From positions 1-64,000 of the forward strand of contig CBDCWC010000001.1 in the NCBI GenBank assembly GCA_965223295.1: DNA of 64,000 bases, written 5' to 3'. A program made the translations under genes and the position numbers. This DNA is from Nitrospirales bacterium. GTDB lineage: Bacteria > Nitrospirota > Nitrospiria > Nitrospirales > UBA8639. The notes beneath the pieces are model-generated. The model searched no databases. It was given only the letters and a program-made list of their open reading frames with translations, and was not told where the DNA came from. Position 1 is the first letter of the stretch. Each line of letters starts with the position of its first letter. This document shows positions 39,396 through 48,374 of the stretch, in pieces.

Positions 39396-40160
39396 TTATC
39401 GCGTGGGCACAGCATTCGGAATTGAAATAAATTCACGGACCAAAGGATCTGACAATCGTTGAAATTCGGCTGAGCGCTCCATTGCAAGGATTTTACCATT
39501 CTTCAGCATGGCGACCCAATCAGAAATGGGAAAGATTTTAGGAATTTCATGACTGACCATAATCCCCGTGAACTCAAAAGTGTTATGCATGGCTAAAATC
39601 AAATCATGAATAGCATGGGCCATTAGCGGATCTAACCCCGTGGTCGGCTCATCAAACAAAATGATTTCTGGACCCATCACTAACGCCCTGGCCAAGCCGG
39701 CACGCTTTTTCATCCCGCCACTCAGCTCAGCAGGAAACTTGTGGCCCATTTCCCCCAATCCCACCCGTTCTAACATCTCCGGCACAGCCTGCTGTACTTC
39801 AGATTCCGAAACCAATCGTTTCTCTCGCAAAGGAAAGGCAACATTATCAAACACATTCATCGAATCAAACAGGGCAGCGGACTGAAATAACATGGCAAAT
39901 TTCTTTCGAATTTCATTCAATTCTTGATCATGAATTTTGGTCAAATCCACCCCATCCACCAACACGTGCCCATGGTCGGGACGCATCAGCCCAATCATGT
40001 GTTTTAACAACACGCTTTTTCCTTCTCCACTTGGGCCAATGATAGTGGTAATCTCTCCCTTGGGAATGCCTAAATCCACACCCTGCAGAACAGGTTGGCC
40101 CCCAAGCGTTTTGTCAACATCCTTCAACTGAATAATACGCGACGAATCCATATCAATCAT
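39396..40160 (-). CDS. mlaF: MlaF ABC ATPase
   Basis: GPSGEGKS, FQSAALFDSM, ELSGGMKKRAGLARAL, FDEPTTGLDP. Confidence 0.94.
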   Translation of the reverse strand: MIDMDSSRIIQLKDVDKTLGGQPVLQGVDLGIPKGEITTIIGPSGEGKSVLLKHMIGLMRPDHGHVLVDGVDLTKIHDQELNEIRKKFAMLFQSAALFDSMNVFDNVAFPLREKRLVSESEVQQAVPEMLERVGLGEMGHKFPAELSGGMKKRAGLARALVMGPEIILFDEPTTGLDPLMAHAIHDLILAMHNTFEFTGIMVSHEIPKIFPISDWVAMLKNGKILAMERSAEFQRLSDPLVREFISIPNAVPTR

Positions 40161-40163
40161 GTT

Positions 40164-40338
40164 GGGGCTGTTGAAAAAAGCCCCCGCCTACTCCGCCGAA
40201 GTAACTCGATAGGCTACGAAGGCCAGGAATGGCTGCGGCCTCGCTGGATGCACTTTTTTGAACCGCCCCGAAGCTGTTGGTATCCGACGTGATCATGACC
40301 AAATTTGCCTCTGGTGTTTTGTATTATTCAACACTCCC
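40164..40338 (+). mobile_element. MITE-like element, copy 2
   Basis: Ends GGGGCTGTTGAAAAA and TTATTCAACACTCCC. Perfect 5-bp flanking duplication ATGTT (40159..40163 and 40339..40343). The right half is nearly identical to copy 3. Confidence 0.85.
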
Positions 40339-40348
40339 ATGTTGGTTC

Positions 40349-41116
40349 TTACAGGAGAACTGAAGTTAAAAAATAATCCCAGACTAAAATGAGGACCGAG
40401 GCCAGAACGACAGACTCTGTCGTGGCTTTTCCCAGTCCTTCAGCACTCATTCTCGTATAGTAGCCTTTATAACAACAGACCCAACTGATAATCAGGCCGA
40501 AACTAATTGACTTTAATATTCCCCCATAGACATCTTTCCATACCACAGCCGATTCAATCGAACTCCAATATGCCCCTCCGCCCACTCCCAACAACTTCAC
40601 GCCCACAACATAACCCCCGCCAATTCCCACAACATCAAACAGGGCCACAAGAAGCGGAACAGAAATCAGTGCCGCCACTATTTTCGGTGTAATGAGATAT
40701 TGAAGAGAATTGACGGCCATGGTTTCTAATGCGTCAATTTGCTCCGTAATTCGCATGATACCAATTTCTGCGGTCATGGCCGATCCAGCCCGAGCTGTAA
40801 CCATCAGCGAGGCCAGCACTGGGCCCAATTCGCGGATCATACTCAACGCCACAGCCGACCCTAATAGTCCCTCGGATCCAAATTTTCTCAAGGAATAGTA
40901 CCCTTGTAGCGCTAACACCATTCCGGTAAACAGAGCCGTCAAAATAACCACAAATGTTGACTTAAAGCCTATAAAATGAATTTGCTTAACGATTTGATGC
41001 AATCGCAACGGCGGCCGCAATAGCCACCCAAAGGCTCGCAACAGAAACAGCAACATGGCTCCCATTTCTTCAATCCGAGCGATGACTCGGGCTCCTAGTG
41101 CTTGAATCATGTTCAT
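40349..41116 (-). CDS. mlaE: MlaE ABC permease
   Basis: FTGMVLALQ, RELGPVL, RAGSAMTAEIGIMRITEQIDALETM, GKATTESVV. Confidence 0.95.
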   Translation of the reverse strand: MNMIQALGARVIARIEEMGAMLLFLLRAFGWLLRPPLRLHQIVKQIHFIGFKSTFVVILTALFTGMVLALQGYYSLRKFGSEGLLGSAVALSMIRELGPVLASLMVTARAGSAMTAEIGIMRITEQIDALETMAVNSLQYLITPKIVAALISVPLLVALFDVVGIGGGYVVGVKLLGVGGGAYWSSIESAVVWKDVYGGILKSISFGLIISWVCCYKGYYTRMSAEGLGKATTESVVLASVLILVWDYFLTSVLL

Positions 41117-41119
41117 AGG

Positions 41120-41893
41120 CTATGACCTGTTCAGTAAAGAAGCTGAAGATTCTGGCATAGTCGAAACCGTAGAGAAAAAGGCTTCAAAAAATATCGTGAG
41201 CTGTCGGGAGGCTTGCTTCGAATGCCGGTACACATTCAAGAAGCCTTTCCATGACTTCGGTGTCGATAAGATGCGCGCCACTCCCGCGACCCAGCCTGAT
41301 GGCGCCAGAAAGAGATTAAAGTCTACCGGCAAATCATCATTGACGCCATCTGAAATGGCCCGCACAATCAAAAATGGCAAGTCATGACCTTGAGCTATTT
41401 GCCCAATGGCCGCACTTTCCATATCAACCGCCACCGCCCCCGACCGAATTCCTACTGAATATTTCTCTGCTGAATGAATGAGCACACGATCCACACATGT
41501 AAATTTTCCAGTTCGTAGAACCCCGTGCCCATGCCAAGGAATGGTCAAGGCCGTTTTGACCCAATCAGAATGGCACATGATTGGTTGCGACGGAAGGGAG
41601 TGAGGGGAAGAAGAGGTCTCAAAAACTTCTTGCCCAATTACTAGAGAGCCGATAGGGGCAGTGTCATCGACGCCGCCAGCAAAGCCTGCAGAGATTAAGA
41701 CATCCCATGATTGAGCATCAACTAGCTGCTGGGTACTTATGCGGGCTTTAACAGGTCCTATGCCTGACTGAATCACTAGAACATTGAGCCCTTGCCCATG
41801 ATAGGTAATGGCACGAGGCCCATTGTGGGAAACGGAGTGAGTAGCTGGAAGAGCGCGGACAACGGCATGAAATTCTATTCTGGTTGCCGTCAC
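41120..41893 (-). CDS. hpnG: Purine nucleoside phosphorylase-family protein, HpnG-like
   Basis: SGIGP, SAGFAGG, AVDMESAA, VRAISD. Immediately downstream of shc. The true start is slightly uncertain. Confidence 0.75.
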   Translation of the reverse strand: MTATRIEFHAVVRALPATHSVSHNGPRAITYHGQGLNVLVIQSGIGPVKARISTQQLVDAQSWDVLISAGFAGGVDDTAPIGSLVIGQEVFETSSSPHSLPSQPIMCHSDWVKTALTIPWHGHGVLRTGKFTCVDRVLIHSAEKYSVGIRSGAVAVDMESAAIGQIAQGHDLPFLIVRAISDGVNDDLPVDFNLFLAPSGWVAGVARILSTPKSWKGFLNVYRHSKQASRQLTIFFEAFFSTVSTMPESSASLLNRS

Positions 41894-41965
41894 TATCGCG
41901 ATTCTGGTCAGAATCGGCTCCTGCTGTCATTTCTAGAGGAAAAATCTGAAAAATAGAGTGAAGAC

Positions 41966-44134
41966 TTACCGCAATTTGCGTTGCTGTCTTGAAATTTGGG
42001 CCTTTTTGCGCAATTGATCGGCTCTGGCTTCTCCAGTCACTTTGACATTCCGGTACATACCTAAGGCCCAAATGGGGAAATATTTGAAATAGCCATGATA
42101 CCGCAGATAAAAAACCCGAGGGAAACCTGTACCAGTGTGAAACGGTTCATCCCAGACTCCATCTTCACGCTGATGGCGAATAAGCCAGTTCACTCCGCGA
42201 ACCACACTGAGAGAATCGGCTTCGCCCGCTTGAAGCAACGCCATGAGCGCCCAAGCCGTTTGTGACGCGGCACTCTCTCCCTGACCTGCCGTCTCAACAT
42301 CGGCATAGGACTCACAAGACTCGCCCCAACCCCCGTCAGAATTCTGAACAGACTCAAGCCAGGAGACAGATTTTTGAATCCATGGTGCTGTCATATCTAC
42401 GCCAATGGCCCGCAGTCCAGAGAGAACACACCACGTCCCATAAATATAATTCACACCCCAACGCCCGTACCAACTTCCATTGGATTCCTGCTCCATGCGC
42501 AAAAACTCAAGAGCAGGACCAACAGCCGGATGAGACTGGTCATAGCCTAAGGTACCTAACATTTCCAAACAGCGCCCAGTCAAATCTGCTGTACTAGGAT
42601 CCAACAAAGCTTGATGGTCAGCAAAAGGAATTTTATTGAAAATAAGCTTATTATTATCTTTATCGTAGGCCCCCCAACCCCCATCTGACCCTTGCATCGC
42701 CAATGCCCATCGAAATGCACGTTGCAGCTCCCCATCAAAGTCAGGCGTTTCAGCTTGATGAATTTTCGCCATGGCCGTGACCACCGCAGCCGTATCGTCC
42801 ACATCTGGATACCAATCGTTTTCATATTGAAAGCTCCATCCCCCTGGCTTTGCTTCAGGTGAGGATACAACCCAGTCACCCACCTTTTGAGTTTGCCGAG
42901 ATCGAAGCCACGCATCGGCCTTTGTTAAGGCCATATGGTTGAGGGGGATACCGCTTTCAATCAGCGCATGCATGGTTAAGGCCGTATCCCATACAGGAGA
43001 ATGGCATGGTTGTATATGCCACATACTCGGCGCAGAACTATTGACAGGACTTGAAGAGATCCCGAGCTGCTCAATTTCATCTAGCGCTTTTTGAATAAGC
43101 GGATGGTCTGTGGCATACCCAAGCGACCTCAGGGCAAAGATCGAATAGGCCATCGCCGGAAAGATGGCTCCAAGTCCACCTTCGCCATCCATTCGATCAA
43201 TCATCCAGCGCTCTGCCCCTTTCAAGGCTTTCTTTCTGAGAGATTTGATCGGATAGGACTCATAGAGCCGGAGGAGACTGTCCACCCACACAAAGAAATT
43301 TCGCCAGCTGAGAAATGTCGAATCACGGTGCAAGGGTGGCACTTGCGAAAAATCTTCCGGTCCCAAGGGTTTGACAAAGAGTTCTTCGATTCCCTGTTCT
43401 CGAGGAATGGCGCAAAGCGGGCGATGAGCAAAAACAATGAGTAGCGGAATAATGACGGCACGAGACCAATACGACACGGCATAGAGGTTAAAGTAAAACC
43501 ACTGTGGTGCAAGAAAAATTTCCGGTGGCATACACGGAAGCCCACGCCAATCATACTGACCAAACAATGCCAATATGATTTTTGTGAATACATTCGTTTG
43601 CGCGACACCCCCTCTCTGTAAGATGAGTTCCCTGGCTCGCTGCATCACAGGTTCATCAGCACTCACCCCGGACAATTTTAGAGCAAAATATGCTCTGACC
43701 GTGGCACTCGTATCAGCAGGTCCACCCGAATAAATTGGCCATCCCCCATCATCCATTTGCGTATGAAGAAGATAACAGACCAATTTTCGTTCTCGCTCAG
43801 GATCTACCATACCCAGAAACCGACGGAGCATGACATAATCCGATGTCAGCGTTGTATCGGCTTCTAATTCCTCTACCCAAAAACCCTGGTCGGCATTCTG
43901 CCGATTCAGGAGCCCCTGTTCACCTTTCTGTAGAGCCGATTCCAACGACTCCATATGGCCAAGCTGTGCGCTACGTTGTGAGGCAGTTTCCGGAGTCGCC
44001 ACCGGATGAGGATTATGAGATACCAGCTTTAGAGAGGGCGTCGCCTTCCTGGCAGGTTGCGGACGAAATTTTGGTACGACAGTGCCAAAAAAGTTTCCTG
44101 TCACCCGAACGAAAAACTGCTTCAGCAACTTCAT
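41966..44134 (-). CDS. shc: Squalene-hopene cyclase
   Basis: Catalytic YPDVDDTA, QW repeats (QMDDGGW, QGSDGGW, QNSDGGWGE), SPVWDT, GSWYGRWGVNY, TGTGFPRVFYL. Confidence 0.97.
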   Translation of the reverse strand: MKLLKQFFVRVTGNFFGTVVPKFRPQPARKATPSLKLVSHNPHPVATPETASQRSAQLGHMESLESALQKGEQGLLNRQNADQGFWVEELEADTTLTSDYVMLRRFLGMVDPERERKLVCYLLHTQMDDGGWPIYSGGPADTSATVRAYFALKLSGVSADEPVMQRARELILQRGGVAQTNVFTKIILALFGQYDWRGLPCMPPEIFLAPQWFYFNLYAVSYWSRAVIIPLLIVFAHRPLCAIPREQGIEELFVKPLGPEDFSQVPPLHRDSTFLSWRNFFVWVDSLLRLYESYPIKSLRKKALKGAERWMIDRMDGEGGLGAIFPAMAYSIFALRSLGYATDHPLIQKALDEIEQLGISSSPVNSSAPSMWHIQPCHSPVWDTALTMHALIESGIPLNHMALTKADAWLRSRQTQKVGDWVVSSPEAKPGGWSFQYENDWYPDVDDTAAVVTAMAKIHQAETPDFDGELQRAFRWALAMQGSDGGWGAYDKDNNKLIFNKIPFADHQALLDPSTADLTGRCLEMLGTLGYDQSHPAVGPALEFLRMEQESNGSWYGRWGVNYIYGTWCVLSGLRAIGVDMTAPWIQKSVSWLESVQNSDGGWGESCESYADVETAGQGESAASQTAWALMALLQAGEADSLSVVRGVNWLIRHQREDGVWDEPFHTGTGFPRVFYLRYHGYFKYFPIWALGMYRNVKVTGEARADQLRKKAQISRQQRKLR

Positions 44135-44220
44135 GCGTGCATACCTTTAGGTCTTCAGACTTGCGCAGGTAAATTTTTCAAGGGGAAACACTGCGAAAAG
44201 AAATACGCTCAAGATACAAC

Positions 44221-44244
44221 AAGGCCCAGCCTAAACTGGGCCTT
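44221..44244 (-). terminator. Putative intrinsic terminator
   Basis: Perfect 9-bp stem AAGGCCCAG/CTGGGCCTT with a 6-nt loop, about 70 bp past the stop of 44315..45622. Confidence 0.5.
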
Positions 44245-44314
44245 ATACCGATATCGGTCGCAGGCTGTCAAGATTAGACTTGGCAACTTGCTAGGTTGTA
44301 CCACAAATTCAAGC

Positions 44315-45622
44315 TTATGTCGAAAGTAACACGATCTTTTCCCGATGCTTCGTCACTTGGCGGGTTCCGTTCCGGGTATCGAACACAACCGGAGCATGGT
44401 CAACAACCATTTGGTAATCAAACGCTGAATGGGCAGTCAAGATGAGAGCGCAGGCACTTTGCTCCAAGAGTTCTGAGGTAAGAGATTGCACTTTGTATTG
44501 CTGATCACCTATGAGCAAAGAAGGAGTGTAGGGATCAACATATTGCAAATCGGCCCCTTCTTTTTGAAGCAATTCCATCACTTTAGTCGCTGGAGACTCG
44601 CGGGGATCTTCAATATCGGCTTTGTACGTCACGCCTAGCACCAATACCGTTGACCCTTTCAGGCATTTCCCCATATTGTTCAACACTCGCTGCAATTTGG
44701 TGACAACAAAATAGGGCATGTTTTCGTTAATTTCTCCAGCCAATTCAATAAACCGGGTATGGACATCATATTCCTTTGACTTCCAAGCTAAATAATAAGG
44801 ATCCAAAGGGATACAATGCCCCCCAACGCCTGGACCTGGATAAAACGGCATAAACCCAAAATTTTTGGTCGCGGCCGCATCAATGACTTCATAAACATTG
44901 ATGTCCATGCGTTCACACAACACGGTCAATTCATTGACCAATGCAATATTCACGGACCGAAACACATTTTCAAACACCTTCGCCATTTCAGCGACTCGCG
45001 GAGAACTGAGAGGAAACACTTTTACAATGGATTGTTCGTAAAATAATTTAGAAACCTCCCGGCAACCGTCCGTCACGCCACCGACTAATTTGAAGGTATT
45101 GTGGGTCTTAAAATCCGCATTTCCTGGGTCAACTCGTTCCGGTGAAAACGCCACAAACAAATCCTTGCCCACCGTGAGGCCTTTCGCCGTCAAAGCCGGC
45201 AAAATGACTTCTTCGGTGGTACCCGGGTAGGTCGTACTCTCGAGGACCACTAGCATGTTGGGATGAGAGTAATTCGCTAGATGTCCGAGTACCTTCACAA
45301 TTGCAGAAATATCCGGTTCCTTATTCCGAGTGAGGGGAGTGGGTACACAAATCAAAATGATATCGCATTGCTGCAAAACCGAAAAATCCGTTGTGGCAAT
45401 CAATAATTTTTTATCCACAACTTCTTGTAGTTCCGCGTCAACAACATCCAGAATGTAGTTGTTCGCTTGGTTGACCATTTCAACCTTCGCTTCTACTTCA
45501 TCAACCCCAAAAACATGATAACCCGTTTTGGCTTGAAGAACAGCCAACGGCAGTCCGACATAGCCCAAACCTACAACCCCAATTTTTGCTGAACGATTTT
45601 GAATTTTTTCTCGAATATCCAC
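44315..45622 (-). CDS. UDP-N-acetylhexosamine 6-dehydrogenase (WbpA/WecC family)
   Basis: GLGYVGLPLA, ICVPTP, ESTTYPGTT, FSPERVDPG, GPGVGGHCIPLDP, YKADIEDPRESP. Confidence 0.93.
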   Translation of the reverse strand: MDIREKIQNRSAKIGVVGLGYVGLPLAVLQAKTGYHVFGVDEVEAKVEMVNQANNYILDVVDAELQEVVDKKLLIATTDFSVLQQCDIILICVPTPLTRNKEPDISAIVKVLGHLANYSHPNMLVVLESTTYPGTTEEVILPALTAKGLTVGKDLFVAFSPERVDPGNADFKTHNTFKLVGGVTDGCREVSKLFYEQSIVKVFPLSSPRVAEMAKVFENVFRSVNIALVNELTVLCERMDINVYEVIDAAATKNFGFMPFYPGPGVGGHCIPLDPYYLAWKSKEYDVHTRFIELAGEINENMPYFVVTKLQRVLNNMGKCLKGSTVLVLGVTYKADIEDPRESPATKVMELLQKEGADLQYVDPYTPSLLIGDQQYKVQSLTSELLEQSACALILTAHSAFDYQMVVDHAPVVFDTRNGTRQVTKHREKIVLLST

Positions 45623-45732
45623 GCGCGTGCTCCTCTTGAGACTGGTCCCTAATAATTCCCCTTGGTCTCTATCGGGGACAACCCAACTCTTCTTGAGTGA
45701 TTTTCTGTCATAAATTGTATCTGAGTGAAAAC

Positions 45733-46185
45733 TTACAGCGAGACATCATTCGTCACATTCGTCAAAACTTTCTGATCATCAATCGTCCACACATCACACG
45801 TGGCATCACCATCAATATTCCCAATTGCCACAGCCGTAAAACCCGTAGGGCCCGCCACATCTAAGTCTGAAGCCGTGCACCCCGGAGGCAATGTTCCGAG
45901 GGTCGCCGAACCTAATTCATAATAGTATCGTTGCGAAGAACCACTGACGCCAAATCCAATGGCATTAAAGTCATCAATGTATCCATTGTTTTCTGCGAAG
46001 TACGAAATTTCAGCTGTGTGCAGTGCGACCAAATTGCTTTTGGCTTCTGTTTGTTTCGCTCTCGCTTGATATTTCAAGAAATTGGGAATCGCAATCGTGG
46101 CCAAGATGCCAATAATCGCAACAACGATCATGAGCTCTGTCAAACTAAACCCTCTTTGATTGTGAAGTACGCATCGAAATTTCAT
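45733..46185 (-). CDS. Type IVa pilin
   Basis: Prepilin cleavage QRG|FSLTELMIVVAIIGILATIAIPNF with E5. Two C-terminal Cys. RBS GGAGG. Confidence 0.92.
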   Translation of the reverse strand: MKFRCVLHNQRGFSLTELMIVVAIIGILATIAIPNFLKYQARAKQTEAKSNLVALHTAEISYFAENNGYIDDFNAIGFGVSGSSQRYYYELGSATLGTLPPGCTASDLDVAGPTGFTAVAIGNIDGDATCDVWTIDDQKVLTNVTNDVSL

Positions 46186-46245
46186 AAGTGAACCTCCCCG
46201 GAAGTGTTCCCTTCCAATGATATAGTTGCTTTTTGCCTTCTGGGA

Positions 46246-46261
46246 AGCATACACCTGGCCT
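46246..46261 (-). promoter_or_regulatory. Possible sigma-54 promoter of the pilin gene
   Basis: Minus strand AGGCCAGGTGTATGCT has GG-N10-GC spacing, about 60 bp upstream of the ATG. Only a partial consensus match. Confidence 0.35.
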
Positions 46262-46536
46262 ACTCAAGAGACCAGGGTACGATTCAGCAACTATCCTCCA
46301 CAAAATTCACAGAACGAACAGTAATGGAAATTAATGTACCATAACGGCACTTCTAAGAAAAAATTTCAAACAACGGACCCTTGACACCCAGTATCTTTCA
46401 GACATTTCTCATCGTCAGAAAATGGTTAATCTTAAGGAACAGGGTACACCAGCAACGGTCTGCTCTTACGGTCTATGATCAGACATGAACACGCCAGTCG
46501 CGCAAGACAATTATAAACAAGGACAGAATACCTTGC

Positions 46537-48330
46537 TTACGGAGTGAAGGTAGATTGCTGAGAAAGCGTTGGGATTGGCTCCCCAAATCCAGTATCTCGA
46601 AATCGCTGTTTGAGGGCTTCATTTGTGGAATCCAATTGTATCGATTGAATCCAAGCTTCCCGTGCCTTTTCATGCTTCTCTTGGAGTAAAAAGATTTCTC
46701 CAAGATGTTCATAAATGACAGGATCATCCGAAACCAAGGTCGCAGCCCGTTGCATCATTTCAAGGGCTTCGTCAATTTGCCCATTTTTATATAACGCCCA
46801 GCCTAAACTATCCACGTAATAGCCATTATGAGGCTTTAAGGCCACCGCTCGTTGAGTCAAGGACACCGCTTCTTCGGGGTTAATCCCTCGGTCAGCATAA
46901 CTATACCCCAGATAATTCAATGCATCTGCATGTTCGGGATTCAGCTTTAAGGCCTGCTCCATTGCACGTACCACTTCATCAAATTGGTTCAGTTTGTCGT
47001 AAGCGGTTCCTAAATTAAAATGTAGTTCAGCATTGGAAGGATCTTGGTGAATGCCCTCTTTCAAGCAAGCCTTGGCTTGCTCATATTGCTCCATTTGAAA
47101 ATAGGTCAACCCTAACAACAAATAGGGTTCAGGACGCTTCGGATTTAACTTGACGGCTTCATCTAAATAGGACACGGCCTCATCATTCTTTTTCAGACGA
47201 TAAGACACGAACCCCAGATGAAGGAGGCTATCAAAGAACGTTGGGTCGATGGCTAAATTTGCTTGGTACGTCTGACTGGCCTTCTCATAGTCTTTCATTT
47301 CTTCATAGAGCAGCCCTAAAAAATCCCGGACACGTAGTTCATTAGGTCGATCACGTAAAACGGCCTGCAATTCCTCCACCGCTGCAGCGAAGTTCCCCTG
47401 TTCTCCGTAAATTTGAGCCTTCCGAACTTGCGCGTGAAGGTCACCAGGATTTTGTTCAAGGATATAATCTAAATGCTCGGTGGCTTGATCGGACTTTTTC
47501 TCAGCCGCAAATAACCGGACCAGCCGCAAACGAAATTCCCTGTGGTGCGGATTGACATCCTTCAAAAAAGATTCGAGCAAATCTATCGCCCGCTGAGAAT
47601 TTTCAGTTTCTTCTAACAATTCAATTAACTGCCCATAGGCCCTTTCAAAAGACTTATTCTGAGCTATAGCTTGCTCAAAATGACCTATCGCTTTTGGTTT
47701 TTCATCCTCTTCATTCGCAATAATTCCTAAATAATAATGCGCCTCTGACGAATTCGACACATGCCCCAAAAGATCCCGAAACACAACTTCTGCCTGTGCA
47801 TAATTTTTCTCTGTTAACAAAAGGGTTCCATGAGAAATATAGAGCCGTTCTTCAGAAGGAAAGCGTCTCTCCCCTTGTTCTAAGACCTGGAGAGCCAATT
47901 CCTGCTCCTCGGCGCCGGAGAAAATTTTTGCCAGATCGACAAACATGGGGACTGTGTCAATTTCTTGAAGAGGAATTTGCCTGGCCACGTCGACTGCCGC
48001 CGTCATCTGCGCCAAGGCAAAATGCAGTTTAGCAATACGAAACTTCAGGAAGATTGAGTCAGAGTCGAAGGTTAACCCAGCCCGATAGGCTTCTAAAGCC
48101 TGAGCCCCATCATTGTTGAGTTCGGCCAGGGACCCCTGAAGGAAATGAAAATAGGCTTGCGGATGCGTAGTTTCCTGAATCGTGGAGGAATGTTCCTGCC
48201 CTTGAACGCTCAACTGCGGAGCCGTCCCGCATGACAGGATTAACAGTGGAATACCTAACAAACAAGTTCGGATCTGACCCAGCCAACGAGGAAACCTATT
48301 CATAGAATCTACCGAAGGAATATGTTGCAT
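46537..48330 (-). CDS. TPR-repeat lipoprotein
   Basis: Lipobox ILSC, many TPRs, and C-terminal ALNYLGYSYAD / YVDSLGWALYK / IYEHLGEI. Confidence 0.88.
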   Translation of the reverse strand: MQHIPSVDSMNRFPRWLGQIRTCLLGIPLLILSCGTAPQLSVQGQEHSSTIQETTHPQAYFHFLQGSLAELNNDGAQALEAYRAGLTFDSDSIFLKFRIAKLHFALAQMTAAVDVARQIPLQEIDTVPMFVDLAKIFSGAEEQELALQVLEQGERRFPSEERLYISHGTLLLTEKNYAQAEVVFRDLLGHVSNSSEAHYYLGIIANEEDEKPKAIGHFEQAIAQNKSFERAYGQLIELLEETENSQRAIDLLESFLKDVNPHHREFRLRLVRLFAAEKKSDQATEHLDYILEQNPGDLHAQVRKAQIYGEQGNFAAAVEELQAVLRDRPNELRVRDFLGLLYEEMKDYEKASQTYQANLAIDPTFFDSLLHLGFVSYRLKKNDEAVSYLDEAVKLNPKRPEPYLLLGLTYFQMEQYEQAKACLKEGIHQDPSNAELHFNLGTAYDKLNQFDEVVRAMEQALKLNPEHADALNYLGYSYADRGINPEEAVSLTQRAVALKPHNGYYVDSLGWALYKNGQIDEALEMMQRAATLVSDDPVIYEHLGEIFLLQEKHEKAREAWIQSIQLDSTNEALKQRFRDTGFGEPIPTLSQQSTFTP

Positions 48331-48374
48331 AGAACAATCCGCCTCTCTATGTCGTTTCCATGAAACCCATAAGT

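Noticed and set aside
40095-40292. Short ORFs over MITE copies (also 63234..63479, 63238..63432, and the 5' part of 4065..4436)
   Set aside because: They are translations of the repeat element and show no transposase motifs.
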